From NCBI GenBank assembly GCA_013265495.1, contig MU058836.1, forward strand, positions 124,001 through 188,000: a stretch of 64,000 nucleotides of DNA, in the 5' to 3' direction. Below, one piece after another: positions 12,290 to 23,120 of this stretch. Each line of letters starts with the position of its first letter. Positions within the stretch are counted from its first letter, which is position 1. The position numbers were made by a program, and so were the translations under genes. The stretch is from Vicugna vicugna (taxonomy: Eukaryota). Under the pieces are notes generated by a model. That model saw only the letters and a program-made list of their open reading frames with translations, searched no databases and was not told where the DNA came from.

Positions 12290-13490
12290 TTTCCTCAATG
12301 TGGTACAAGATGTGTCTAATAAACCCAAACATCTCTAGTTTCTCATAAGGCGGCAAAAGTAGGTAAACTTAGATCTGTTTGGCAATTAATGTTCCAGTAT
12401 TTTATCTTATTTGAAATGACCTGGATAATCAATAAATTCCTAATCATTTAATTCAGCAAAACTAAAAGTTTCAAATAACGAAAATCCAGAGACACAGCTT
12501 TGGATAGACACTCCCCATATTTCTTTACAGTTATTCCTTTAGAATTTATCTAAAAACTCTTATTTACTTCAAAGTTTCATCATATCAAGTTATTTTCCTT
12601 GTTGACAAATGTTATAACAGTAACAATATGCACTTACTTTCAGTACAATAAAAGTATGATACCTAATACTGACGACTCTTAAAAACATGTCTATATTAAT
12701 CAAACTCACAAGATTAAACTAGTTTTAATACTAGATATTAATCAATTCATTCTGGGCAGTTTCTTTTACATTGCTGAGAATTTACATGAGTGCTTAATTT
12801 CCTCTAAGCCAACTGAATAAAGCTCATTTACAAATTAATTTTTACATAAAGACAGAGCCAGAGATCTCATAGTTTTCCTGCTTGAGTTTAAAAAGGCCTC
12901 TTCGGGGGTGGGTATACCTCAGTGGTAGAGTGCGTGCCTAGCATGCACAAGGTCCCGGGTTCAATCCCCAGTACCTCCGTTCCCCAACCCATCCACTGGA
13001 ATCTCAGGGACCACAGGTGGTCAAATTAGCTTCCAAGAGCCCAACCAGAAACGGTTACATTTTAAAGGCGCAGGGAGAGAAACACAAGCCACCCCGCCTT
13101 TCTTTTTTTTCTCTTCTTTAAAGTCCTACTAAGTAACCAAGGCCGGAGTCTCAGGCAAGGTGGGCTGTGTTTGCATTTCAAGGCTTAAAGTGCTCCACCC
13201 GGGCCCAAAACTGCAGCAGGAATTCACAGGAGCGACTGGACACACAAAACCACATAAAACTTTTAAGTTCCTTTCAAGATCACTGCCCAAGACTCAACGC
13301 ATACCAACTACAGAACCTTAAACTAAAGATGAAACGAGAAACAAAGAGACGGTCTTACCGTGCGGTGGCCTCTGAAGGACTCCGTCCAGCCCCAGTCCTC
13401 TCTCAGCTGGCCCTTCTGCCCACCAGAGTTGGGAGCACACAACAGGAAAGTACTGGGGGGGGTCGTGAAAAGGTGACCCAACAGAGAGGC
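12290..13490 (-). mobile_element. ERV1-type non-coding internal sequence (leader and AT-rich region), antisense to the adjacent LTRs
   Basis: Minus strand has a leader-type splice donor (cacg|GTAAGA ccgtctctttg, ~13355) and the AT-rich text aaataagataaaatactggaacattaattg...gtttacctacttttg that I recall from MER4-group-like internal regions; no gag/pol/env ORF. Confidence 0.6.
12904..12980 (+). mobile_element. tRNA-Ala-derived SINE head (camelid vic-1-like), 3' part missing
   Basis: GGGGGTGGGTATACCTCAGTGGTAGAGTGCGTGCCTAGCATGCACAAGGTCCCGGGTTCAATCCCCAGTACCTCC with A box, B box and AGC anticodon; homologous to 24128-24205; preceded by a TT|AAAAA L1 endonuclease site. Confidence 0.85.
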
Positions 13491-13499
13491 TCCAGGATG

Positions 13500-13790
13500 A
13501 AAGGGAGCGGGAGCGGGAGCGGGACACTGCGCGTGACCCTGCACACGGCACCACCAGGGAGGTGGGCGGGACGCCTAAGCCACGCCCCTCAGCGGGACCA
13601 CGGATCAGCCCCTCCCTCGCCCTATTAAAGGAACCAGCCCCGCTCTCCCCCGAGAGCGAGCAAGGGCACCTGTTTCTTGTTCTTACTCCCTCTTTCACCA
13701 GCTTGAGTCCCAGTAAAGCCTTGCCTGAATTTCTCTTCTGGTCCTTGTCAATTTCTACTAATTAGAGTCCAAGGACCTGGGTCGGTAACA
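13500..13790 (+). mobile_element. ERV1-class LTR, 3' half only
   Basis: Colinear with 11715-11984 (shared aaggaaccagcccc, caagggcacctgtttct, taaagccttgcctgaatttctc); ends ...GTAACA; poly(A) signal mutated to AGTAAA. Confidence 0.85.
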
Positions 13791-14514
13791 GAATTATTTA
13801 TGATTATAATGATAATAGGAACATAGTTTTAAAAGTTCTTCTCTCAGTGAGTTCCCCGGGCCTCTGGAGTCAATACCATCAGCTCTAATTTACATATGGG
13901 AAAACTGAGGCAAGAGTACTTAATGGGACTAGCCCAAGGTCAAATAACTCACAAGTGACAAGCTGACTCTGAACTCAAGCTTCTCTGATTCTAAATCCTA
14001 TACACTTTCCCATATGTCTTGTTTAGCTGACTTAAAGAATGTACTTGCAGAAATGGTTTAAATGAATCCTATAAGGTGAAGTGTATCAAGGAGAAATTTA
14101 AGGAGCTTCGTGAACGCATGCCCCAAATATCCATCAAGTGAGCATAGGAGAGTGTGCCAGCAGGTCACCGAGGACGTATCCCCAGTAGGAAGCAGAGCAT
14201 AAACAGCACAAATTAATATACATGACATGAGCCCAAACGCTGGCCCCTTAGGAAATCATAATACCTCAGGTGACTCCCAGAATACCTTACTCCTTTTTGG
14301 GTTTCTTGCTGTAAGAGGAAGGTGGATGAAGTGGAGGATTTTCCCCAAACAGTAAACAAGATGGTAAACGGTCAAAATGATGGAAGAGTGTCAAACAATG
14401 AAAAAACTCAACATGTCTCATTTAGAGAATCCACGATAAGAGTTCAAGACATTCCCACCCCCAAACAAATGTGGAAACTCCAGGACTTTTAGAAAAAAGA
14501 GACTTACCTCTGGG

Positions 14515-14700
14515 ATACAGTACTAGACTCTGGAATGATGCCTGTCTGGTCTGAATCCTATTTCTACTGACTTACCAGCTCTGTGACCCTGAGTGAGTTA
14601 CCTAACCTCTCTGTGTCTCAGTGTTCTCATCAAGAAAATAGGACTAATAATAGTACCTTCCACATAGGATTACTCTGAAGATTAATTGAGTTAATAAAAT
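14515..14700 (+). mobile_element. MIR SINE
   Basis: cttaccagctctgtgaccctgagtgagttacctaacctctctgtgtctcagtgttctcatc (MIR core). Confidence 0.85.
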
Positions 14701-15049
14701 TGATAAATTTAACACAAATTACTGCCACAGCAGAGTATAAATCTCATTATATATATTTCTTACAGATAAGGTAGTTATGGTTTTATTGTTTTGGAATTTT
14801 TTTTCATTATATATTATTTGCTATTGCTGCTATCCCTTCTCCAGTTATGAGTCTCATGAATTTCCTAAGAAGAGCACCAATCTTCCCAGCCAGGATGTCA
14901 GCATGGAGATTGCACCCTACTTCCTGAGTTTTGGGGAACCCACATTAACCTCAAGTGAGTTTTCCATTTGCATGAAGCGCTCTCAATGCCTGGAGCATGT
15001 GGACCATGATCCAAAGCAGCCCAAAGAACAGAAATGGCTTTAAAACACA

Positions 15050-15230
15050 GCCCCCTAGATTTGCCATCTTCTACTTCCTAGCTGTGTGATCTAGAGCAAG
15101 TTACTTAGTCTCTAAGATCCTCGATTGTGTCATCCACAAAATGCCCTTTGGGAGTGAAGATGACTGAGAACATGTAGGTGGTTGTTCCCAACATCATGCC
15201 TGGTATGAGATAAATGCCCAGGACGTGTTA
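15050..15230 (+). mobile_element. MIR SINE fragment
   Basis: cttcctagctgtgtgatctagagcaagttacttagtctct...catgcctggtatgagataaatg. Confidence 0.7.
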
Positions 15231-16911
15231 TTTTCTTTCCATAAACTCAAGAGGAGGAGCTGTGACAATGTGATTGTTCTGGAATAAGCTCACTGAGTCA
15301 AGCAGGTCCTGAGCACCATGATGCTAGAAACACAGGGATGAATAAAGTATGACCTCAAATCCTGAAAGTGCTCATGGTCTGGAAGAAGAGGCAGTAGAGA
15401 AACAAGCAAGGCCTTAGTAGCGTGGCAGGTGCTAGTGACCTGAGCCAGGATGGGGTCCTGGGTCAGGGTGAGAGGCAGTGCTCACACTGTGTGACCTGAA
15501 GTGTAAGCAGGAATTGGAGTAGCAAGTAGAGCAGTCTTAAGTAACAGATGGAGAGAGAAGGAGATTCAGAGTTATCTAAAGGAGTGTGTGTGTGAGTGTG
15601 TGTGTTTGGCTGAGTCCATATTTATAACCTGAAAAAAAAAAAAAACCCAGTGCGGAGGTAGTAATTAAATATCAGTGTCAAAAGGGCAACCGTCACGTAA
15701 GGCCAGTTGAAACTCCTGGGGTGTGGCGTCAGAGCTGACTGATAGGAGTCTAGATAAGCTGGCCCTGTCTCTGCATCTAGGTGGAAAGTCACAATGGATA
15801 CAGACAGGGACCAAGGGATAGTTCCAGAAGTTCCCATTCCAGAGCCGCAGCCAGGCCCTCAGCACCCCCACAGGGATGAATCTTGTCCCGGGCCCTCAGA
15901 GCCCTGCAGTCCCCCATGAACACAGCAGGAGTTTCCCAAACTCTGCCCCTTTGGGGTGGAGGGTCTAGGAGGAAAACTGACAAACCAACGCCATATTTGT
16001 TCCTCACTCTGTCTTTTGTTTTCCCTTGGGCATCGGCACATTTGGCCCCGAGGTTTGCACAGAGCAAACTGGCTCCAGTGTCAAATAGAAATCCAGCAGG
16101 CTCTTCCCAAGATGCGTCGTTCCCTTTGCACAGGCCGCGGACTCGGGAGAGGGGGCCCGAGACATAATGCCCACGTCTCTTGGGAAGCACATGCAGACAA
16201 TGGTCTGTGTGTGAAAAGGGGAACAGATTAACCAGGACTAGGGTGTCTCCCAATTGCTTTTCTTAAAGAAAGACTCTATTGCCAGGAAGCAAAGCACACA
16301 CAAAAAACAATACCTAAGCTAACAGAGTACTGGCTTTAATATACTCAGAAATAACAGAACACGGGCAGGCTACAACTTTCCAAATCCCCTCGAAAATCCT
16401 TCGTGAGAGCAGAGATGGTTTGTCAAATCTATACTCTTTGTTTAATACATTTGTTCTCTTGTTTGATCGAGGGGGGAGCCGTCAAACTCATTATATTGGG
16501 GGAGCTGCATTCACTCCTTTATGCTTCTTTTTCTCCCTCTAATCTTTATTAAAATCAAAAGCAGAGCCACTCTAATCCTTCGAATGATAATTTATTTCTC
16601 AACCCACGAAGTCAGAGTCTTCACTATTATTTTAAAAACAAATCAATGCAACGATTTTAATTAAAAATGAAACAGGGTGAACCTAAAAAATAAATAGGCA
16701 TTTGTTAGATGAACGGACAAACTTGTTTACAATTAATGGGCAACAGAGCTCCCGGTGGTAAAGAATGTTTTCGCTGTAGTTGGTAAATTCTCTGGACTTT
16801 CATTTGAGTCTTTAGAGAGGAAAAAAGAAAAAAAAAAAAACCCACACATCCAGGAGTCTCCTAATGAAATGCTCTAATCCTGGGAAATTTTAGGCTTCAA
16901 AATGTGCTCAC

Positions 16912-17178
16912 CTCCCCAGCGCTGCCAGCCAGCCGCCTTCTTGGCTTGAAGACCAAGTGCGCTCCTTTTGCGCAGGGGTTATTCATCTCTGATAGCAGAG
17001 GAGGTTTGGTTTTTCTCACAAGGAGAAGAAAGGGCTCTGTGTTAAGGAGGCGTGCTTTGGCCTGCCCGCTGGTGGGTGGGGCTGGTGAAGTCGACTGCCG
17101 ATCTTCAGGAAGGTTCAGGTTTCTCCAGCAGGAGAGAAAACCACATGTCATTGGAGGTGGGCTTCTACGCAAACACCG
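16912..17178 (-). other. Candidate exon (267 nt, open in phase 0-0), product unknown
   Basis: Minus-strand acceptor ctcttttttcccCAG| and donor GAG|GTGAGC; lies in repeat-free, CpG-retaining sequence; no recognisable protein similarity. Confidence 0.25.
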
Positions 17179-18129
17179 CTGGGGAAAAAAGAGCGATTTC
17201 CTGAAGGGAAACCTAGTGGAAATGGAACTGGAATATTTAAATGTCTTCAGTGTGTATTTATTTATTGAGAAGCTACTGGTTCTAGCAATGGGGCTTAGGC
17301 GCTGAACTGCAAGAGGTGATCTTTCAAGGAGTTTATCATGGCTCAGCCGTCACCCAGCACCCCTCGAGTCAGGCTCGGAGCTCAGCGAGGCACCACGGAG
17401 AGGAGTCACTCGGAGTCCAAGTTCACAGTTCAGCGGAGGAAGCAACAAATGTGATGAAAACTCTGGTTGTCATATATGCTAAGTGCCGTGGGAGGTTACA
17501 CGGAGCGAGAGGCAGCCTCCTTTGGGGTTACCTCCACCTCCAGGCTGGGACAGGGAAGCTATGGAGGAGTGAATTTCACCTTTGAAAAGAGTCAGGAAGA
17601 CTTGAGTAAGCGGATAAGGATGGAGAAGAGCTTCCAAGGCAGGGAACAGTCTGAGCAAACTCTGGTCATGAAGGGATGAGCAGCCCAGTGTGACTCACGT
17701 GTTGTGAGGGTGTGGAGAGGCGGGAGGACCAGGGGAGATGATGATAATGGCAGAGGGCACGACCTTTTCCTTTTTGTCGACCTGAAGCACTCTCATTCAT
17801 CCTTCCAACGTCAGCCTACACTTTATCTCTGAGAAGCAAACCCTGAGCTCCCCATCTTGGTCCTGGGAACACCCCTGCCCCGTTCTTGGTGTTCCTTGTT
17901 GGTCTCCCCCACTAAACTGTGTCCCCCTACCCTACTCGCTCTTTCTTCCCTTAGTGCCCAGCATGGTGCTCGGAAAGCAGACTGAGAGCAGGACACCAGG
18001 ATAAGAAGAGCAGACTTCCAGAGCCAGGGTGGAATGAGAAACGAGAATTACCAGGGCACCCAGGGCTGACCTGTCCCCCTCACACTTAGAATTCTGGACT
18101 TAGGTTTGGTTGTAAAAACAAGCCATTTT

Positions 18130-18900
18130 GAGAGAAAATACAAATGGTTAATAAGCCTTGGGACCCATGGCTACGTTCACAAGTCATCAGGCAAAGAATG
18201 AGCAGATTAAAAATACATGAATAACACCCAAGTCTGGCAGGTCAGTGAGTATACGTTCTGCTGGCAATAAAATCAGTACAGGTCCTCTGGAAAGAAATTT
18301 GGCAGCACGTCTCAAGAATTATGATATCGCTTAGATGTGCGATCTAAGTAACAAAGCAAACTCGTGACTATAACAGAAAACAAACAAACAAACCAAAACA
18401 CCAGACTCACAGATACAGAGAACAAACTTGTGGTTACCAATGGGGGGGGCAGGTCAGGGGCAGGGGATTAAGAGATACAAATTACACGTATAAAACAGAT
18501 AAGCTGCAAGGACGTACTGTACAACCCAGGGAACATAGCCAACATTTTACAATGACTATAAATGGAGTATAACCATTAAAAATTGTGAACCACTATGTTG
18601 TATACCTGAAAGTTACAGAACGTTGTATATCAACTATACCTCAATGGGAAAAAATGAGTAAAGAAAAAAATTATGAATCATTCTAATCTAGGTAGGAATT
18701 TACCCCAAACAAATAATTGAAAAGAATAAAATGCATTTATACAGAAAGTGCTCTTTGCAGTGCTGGCCTGAATGAGGGGAAAAAATGTGAAATAACCTAA
18801 CTGTCCAACACGAGGGGACAGGAATACTATGGAACAGTCCACACTGATAGGCATGAAGGCTCTGGGAAGATAAAAAAGATGTGATAAATATAGTAGGTGA
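18130..18900 (+). mobile_element. Ancient L1 (L1ME/MC-like) ORF2 3' fragment split by a younger L1
   Basis: Degenerate ctggaaagaaatttggcagca... and aataacctaactgtccaaca motifs on either side of the 18325-18668 insert. Confidence 0.6.
18325..18668 (+). mobile_element. 5'-truncated cetartiodactyl-type L1 3' UTR
   Basis: agactcacagatacagagaacaaacttgtggttacc...cagggaacatagccaacatttt...tatatcaactatacctcaat plus A-rich tail; TSD AATTATGA at 18317-18324 and 18669-18676. Confidence 0.85.
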
Positions 18901-19529
18901 AAGAAGGAAGCATTTTAAAAGTCCATAATGATTATGACTAGCTTTCTTTTTCCAACTCTTATTTAGTATCACTGTATTTTTCTCTTTTGAAAATGTAACA
19001 GGTGATTTGCATGACTTGGCACTCAGCCCCCTTGCAGGAGCAGAAGAGGGAATTATTATGAAAGAACAGAGAATCAGACCTCAATAACGTTGATCTAAAA
19101 CATGATGTGACCTTCCCCTGCCTGCAACGTGCTGAAACAGATCCGGGTTTTCAAGTTGAAGGGTATCGTCTGATAGCTGCTCTCTGAGCCTTACTTCAAG
19201 AAAAGAATGAGGTCATGAGGCTCACGGGGCATCGTGGTTTATGAAAAGAAGCTCCTGTTCCCAGTCTCTCAGGGCTAAAGCAAATCACCACCTAACAGCA
19301 TCTTCTGAAAGCCAGGCTCAGTCCACTTCCTTTAGAACAGAAACGGCATCACCAAACCTTGTTAAGAGCTCCCCTTGGGAATCCCTTCATGCCATGCCTC
19401 CCAGGCTCCTGGCTCCACCTAGCTTCATGGTACCAGGCCTGCAGGACTGTATGTTTCTTGAACTTCCCTTTGGCCTTGACACCCCAGGTGACAATACACA
19501 ATGTCAGCATAGCTTCCAGGGACTGGATA

Positions 19530-19750
19530 TTTCTCCGTGCCAGACACCATGCTAAGCTTCTTAACTACATTTTCTCATTTCATCCTTACAACAATCCTAG
19601 GATGAGGTCTCATTATCCCCACTTGAAAGATGAGGAAACTGAGGCTCAGAAAAGTTAAAAAAAAATCAGCTCAACTACAGAAGACGAGGAAAATGCAAGA
19701 TCAAGACTCAAGCCAGGTTTGAAACTGTTCCATGGAACAGACCATGTTCC
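19530..19750 (-). mobile_element. MIR SINE
   Basis: ttctcatttcatccttacaacaatcct...gatgaggaaactgaggctcagaaaagttaa. Confidence 0.85.
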
Positions 19751-20647
19751 TACCACCACTTCCTCTAGGCTGTGCTGATTCAGAGAAAAGTCGACATTCT
19801 GCTCTTCCCAGAGAAGAGCCTTGTGGTAAATTCCTTTCTCTCGTTTGCCTGAAAAAACTCCATAATTCTTGGGAGACATAACTACTGCTTTGAAAAGCAT
19901 TTGTATTAAATATGCATTACACTGCTTAGCTGCTCCTAGAGATGAGCGATTCACCTTTCTTTCCCTCCCCCACTCTGCATCTCTTCATACACAGTGAGTC
20001 GGAGATCCCGGCATGTGTATGGTAGAGGGCAGGGGAGAGGACAAGTTGAGAAAGGAGGGGAATATGTAGGGATGAACTTAGCTCGTGTCCAGAGACCCAA
20101 AGGGGAGTATGTGGAAATGAACTGTGAAAGCCAAGCCAGTGGGGCTGTCTGCCTCGTCCCTTCTGCCCACCGTGTAGCTTCAGAAGATAATTATCATAGG
20201 TTAATCGGGTCATCAGACTTGCTGGGCACTCTGACAGGCTGGGCAGTCTCAGGTTGGCTCCCCTGTGGGTGAAACCAAAAGGGCTCTCTGGCTGCTTGGA
20301 AAAGATAACCAGCTGGGAAAACTGGTCGGCTGAGAAATCCAACGGCTACCCCACGTGGGGATCCAGCTCACCAGGCTGGCTGGGGGACGGCTGCTGGCTG
20401 TTCCAATGGGCTGACCCATTGTGATCCGTCTGCTTTAGGCCCCGCATCTCAAGACCATTATCACAAATCTCGAACTGGTTTCTATCCTAAAGCCCTGGCA
20501 GAAAGAGCACGTTTGAGAAGAGCACGTTTGATCGGCTTTGTTACAACAGAAGGCACACGATGGTCAGCAAAGTTCGTGTTACAATTATAAAAAGTCTAGT
20601 GCTCTTTGGAATGGTTACTTACATAGGGGTCTTTTTTCCAAGATAAG

Positions 20648-20649
<2 letters not shown>

Positions 20650-20677
<28 letters not shown>
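20650..20677. repeat. (GT)14 microsatellite
   Basis: Perfect dinucleotide run. Confidence 0.95.
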
Positions 20678-20679
<2 letters not shown>

Positions 20680-20694
20680 CATTTTCATCTACTG

Positions 20695-20935
20695 AATATA
20701 ATGTAGAGGAAAGAGCCCAAGACTTGAAGTGACAGCAATTTAGCCCCCTGATGGGGACTTAGCTACTGTGTGACCATAGGCAAGGGACTTAACCCCTGTG
20801 AGGCATTTCTGTGCACTGGGAATAATTATATAATTATATCCAATGCGGGGGGTGGTTCTAGAGATTCAGTGAAAAGAAAGCGTGTGAAGGCAGCCAGCCC
20901 GGGTGTACGCAGTCAATGTTCGTCTCTTTCATTAT
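20695..20935 (+). mobile_element. MIR SINE (degenerate)
   Basis: ctgtgtgaccataggcaagggacttaacccctgtgag...tgggaataatta. Confidence 0.65.
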
Positions 20936-21849
20936 TACCATGAGCATCAACGTCACGTCCTCAATTTTTTCTTTTTTTTTTTGGCATCATCGTCAGTCAC
21001 AGTCACATCAGCCAGTGCCCTGGCTTTCAAGGCAACCATGAAAACACCCCAACTGCTGCTAAATGACTGGACACAAGGAACTGGTGAGTAAGTTATTTTG
21101 GGAAGTCAGGTCTTGTCAGTGTGCGCCGGGCTTCTTGCAGGCCTCTCTGTCAGTCATTCTTCAGCCCCTCAGATACCCAGAACCTCTCTGTCTACTGAAA
21201 AGAACTGAACTATTAATGTCCCTCACAGAAGCAGAAGAAAGGGGAACGGGCTCCTGTGAATGTGGGTCAGAAATCACCAGGGTGGTAATGACTTGGTCTG
21301 CGCTGTGTTCTCTGGCCCTCCTTGGTCCTTCCACAAAAGCTCTCCGTCAGGAGCCCTGCTTGGCCGTGGCGTGATCGCCCTTTTGTTCTCCAAATTCCTG
21401 GAGATGACTCACAGAACCGTTTAAGCACGCCTCTCTTCATGTTCCCAGGAATTCTTCTGACAAGAGCAGTCCCTATCCTGAGGCAGTCACATTTCTCCTC
21501 CACTTCTCTCCAGTATCAGCTTGTTGCCTGACACTCCTGCGTAGCCAATTCTGTCTTGTTGGTGAGTCCAGCTCTGCTTGCCTCAGACGCGAGGCCTGGC
21601 TGTGCAGGGCTGAGGCAGCATCACGGCCGCGATGCCTCATTTATCCTCCGTGCCTTCGTCTTCAGCCCTCGGTGAGGCAGAGTCTTTGGAAATGTCACCT
21701 CCATCCAGTGGAAATCAGTGCGACAGTTTGGGGGCTGTTGTACGTAGAAAGAGAATGAGAGATACTCTTTCCTGTGTCTCAATAATTCTCCTCCCGGGAA
21801 TCTAGTCAAAGGAAGTAATCTGAAAGAATTTGGTCCTAGTGGCTGGTAG

Positions 21850-22050
21850 CTACTTTGTGCCAACACTGTTCCAACTGTTGCATGTAAACTGGCTTATTTA
21901 ACCACCATAACAGCTCAATGAGGATGTATTAATACTGTCTCCATTTTGCAAGTGAGGAAACCAAGGAACAGAGAGGAAATCGCGTTTATGTTCAAGCTCC
22001 TTGCGTGTGTAAGGGCTGAACTGGGAGCCCAGAAAGTCCAATTCCACAGT
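21850..22050 (-). mobile_element. MIR SINE
   Basis: tactttgtgccaacactgttcc...ctccattttgcaagtgaggaaaccaagg. Confidence 0.75.
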
Positions 22051-22107
22051 CTTTCGTCTTGGCTTCTATACTAACGGCACCTCAGTGTGAAACGCTTGCT
22101 ATTAAAA

Positions 22108-22190
22108 CAGAGGAAGCAGAAAGAGGTAGAGGAGGATGAGGAGGAGGAGGAGAAACACAAAGGAAAGGAAGAAAAGGAGAGGGCAGAAGT
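22108..22190. repeat. Purine-rich low-complexity (GAG)n-like tract
   Basis: gaggaagcagaaagaggtagaggaggatgaggaggaggaggagaaacacaaaggaaaggaagaaaaggagaggg. Confidence 0.8.
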
Positions 22191-22669
22191 TTTAGAAAAA
22201 TGTACTGTTTGTGGTTGTTTACAAGAGTGAGCATCTGGTCCAGGGTCGTTCTGGTAGGGATTTGGCGCCCGGTGCCCAGAGCATGCTCTAGGACACGGCT
22301 GTGGGCTCCCCGCCCAGCACAGTTCTCGCCCTCTAGGGAAGGGCACAGGACGAGAGGAGGGCAACAGTTTCCAAAGTTGGTATGCAAATTAGTACCCCGC
22401 TATATTCCTCGAAGTCAATAAACAGAGAAAGTGAGGGCTGTTTGCTTGATTCCTGGACTTGGGAAGGGAAGAGAGTTCCAGTCTCAATAACTTGAATTTT
22501 AAACGACTTCTCCTCCTCTCTTCTTCCTAGACCCTCTTATTTATCTGTACTACTGTGTCAACTTTCTGATACTCTCAAATGAGTCAGTGGCATCAAGACT
22601 TTTAAAAAGTTGTGTTACTGTATTGAAAAAAATTTTTTTAAATAAAAATATGTTGTTCTACACTCTTGT

Positions 22670-23120
22670 CACTTAGAGTCAGTCCTCTAGAAAACAGTCA
22701 GGGACATTTATCCTGTACAAAAATTTTTCAGAAGAGTTGACCAAGGAATTCTCTTCTTGAAAATTTCCTATAGTGAATTAATTGAAGAGAAGCAATTTTA
22801 TCCAGGAAGATTAATCCAATGTTACTTGTAACAACAAATATTAGAAACAATTCAAATGTCCACTAGAGAAATAAATAAGTATCTTAAGGTACATCCCCTC
22901 CATGGAAAGATATGCACCAATAAAAGGGATCATTTAGAAGATAATGTAGCCACTAGGGGAGAATACTTATCATTTAATGAAGTGCTGAAAATAAAACACA
23001 AAAATTGTATATAAATTATTATTATCCTCAAGTGAAATACATTTTTGCACACGGACAGAGGCTAGAAGGGCATACAAAAATTAAATCAGGTTTTATGATG
23101 ATGGGATAAGGGATAGTTTT
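22670..23120 (+). mobile_element. Ancient L1ME-like 3' fragment
   Basis: Degenerate aaatattagaaacaattcaaatgtccact and ggtacatcccctccatggaa L1 3' motifs. Confidence 0.6.

Noticed and set aside
12904..12980. Apparent tRNA-Ala(AGC) gene
   Set aside because: Extra 5' G-rich leader, mutated A box and stems, no adjacent T-run terminator, an L1 endonuclease site upstream and homology to the SINE at 24128 indicate a SINE head.
13167..13765. Cluster of overlapping ORFs (up to 153 aa)
   Set aside because: They span GC-rich ERV leader and LTR sequence and show no gag, pol or env motifs.
17390..17402. REST/RE1-like GCACCACGGAGAG (also CAGCACCCCGGAC at 5114-5126)
   Set aside because: Each lacks a critical part of the 21-bp RE1 consensus (5' TCA in the first, right-half AG..CC in the second).
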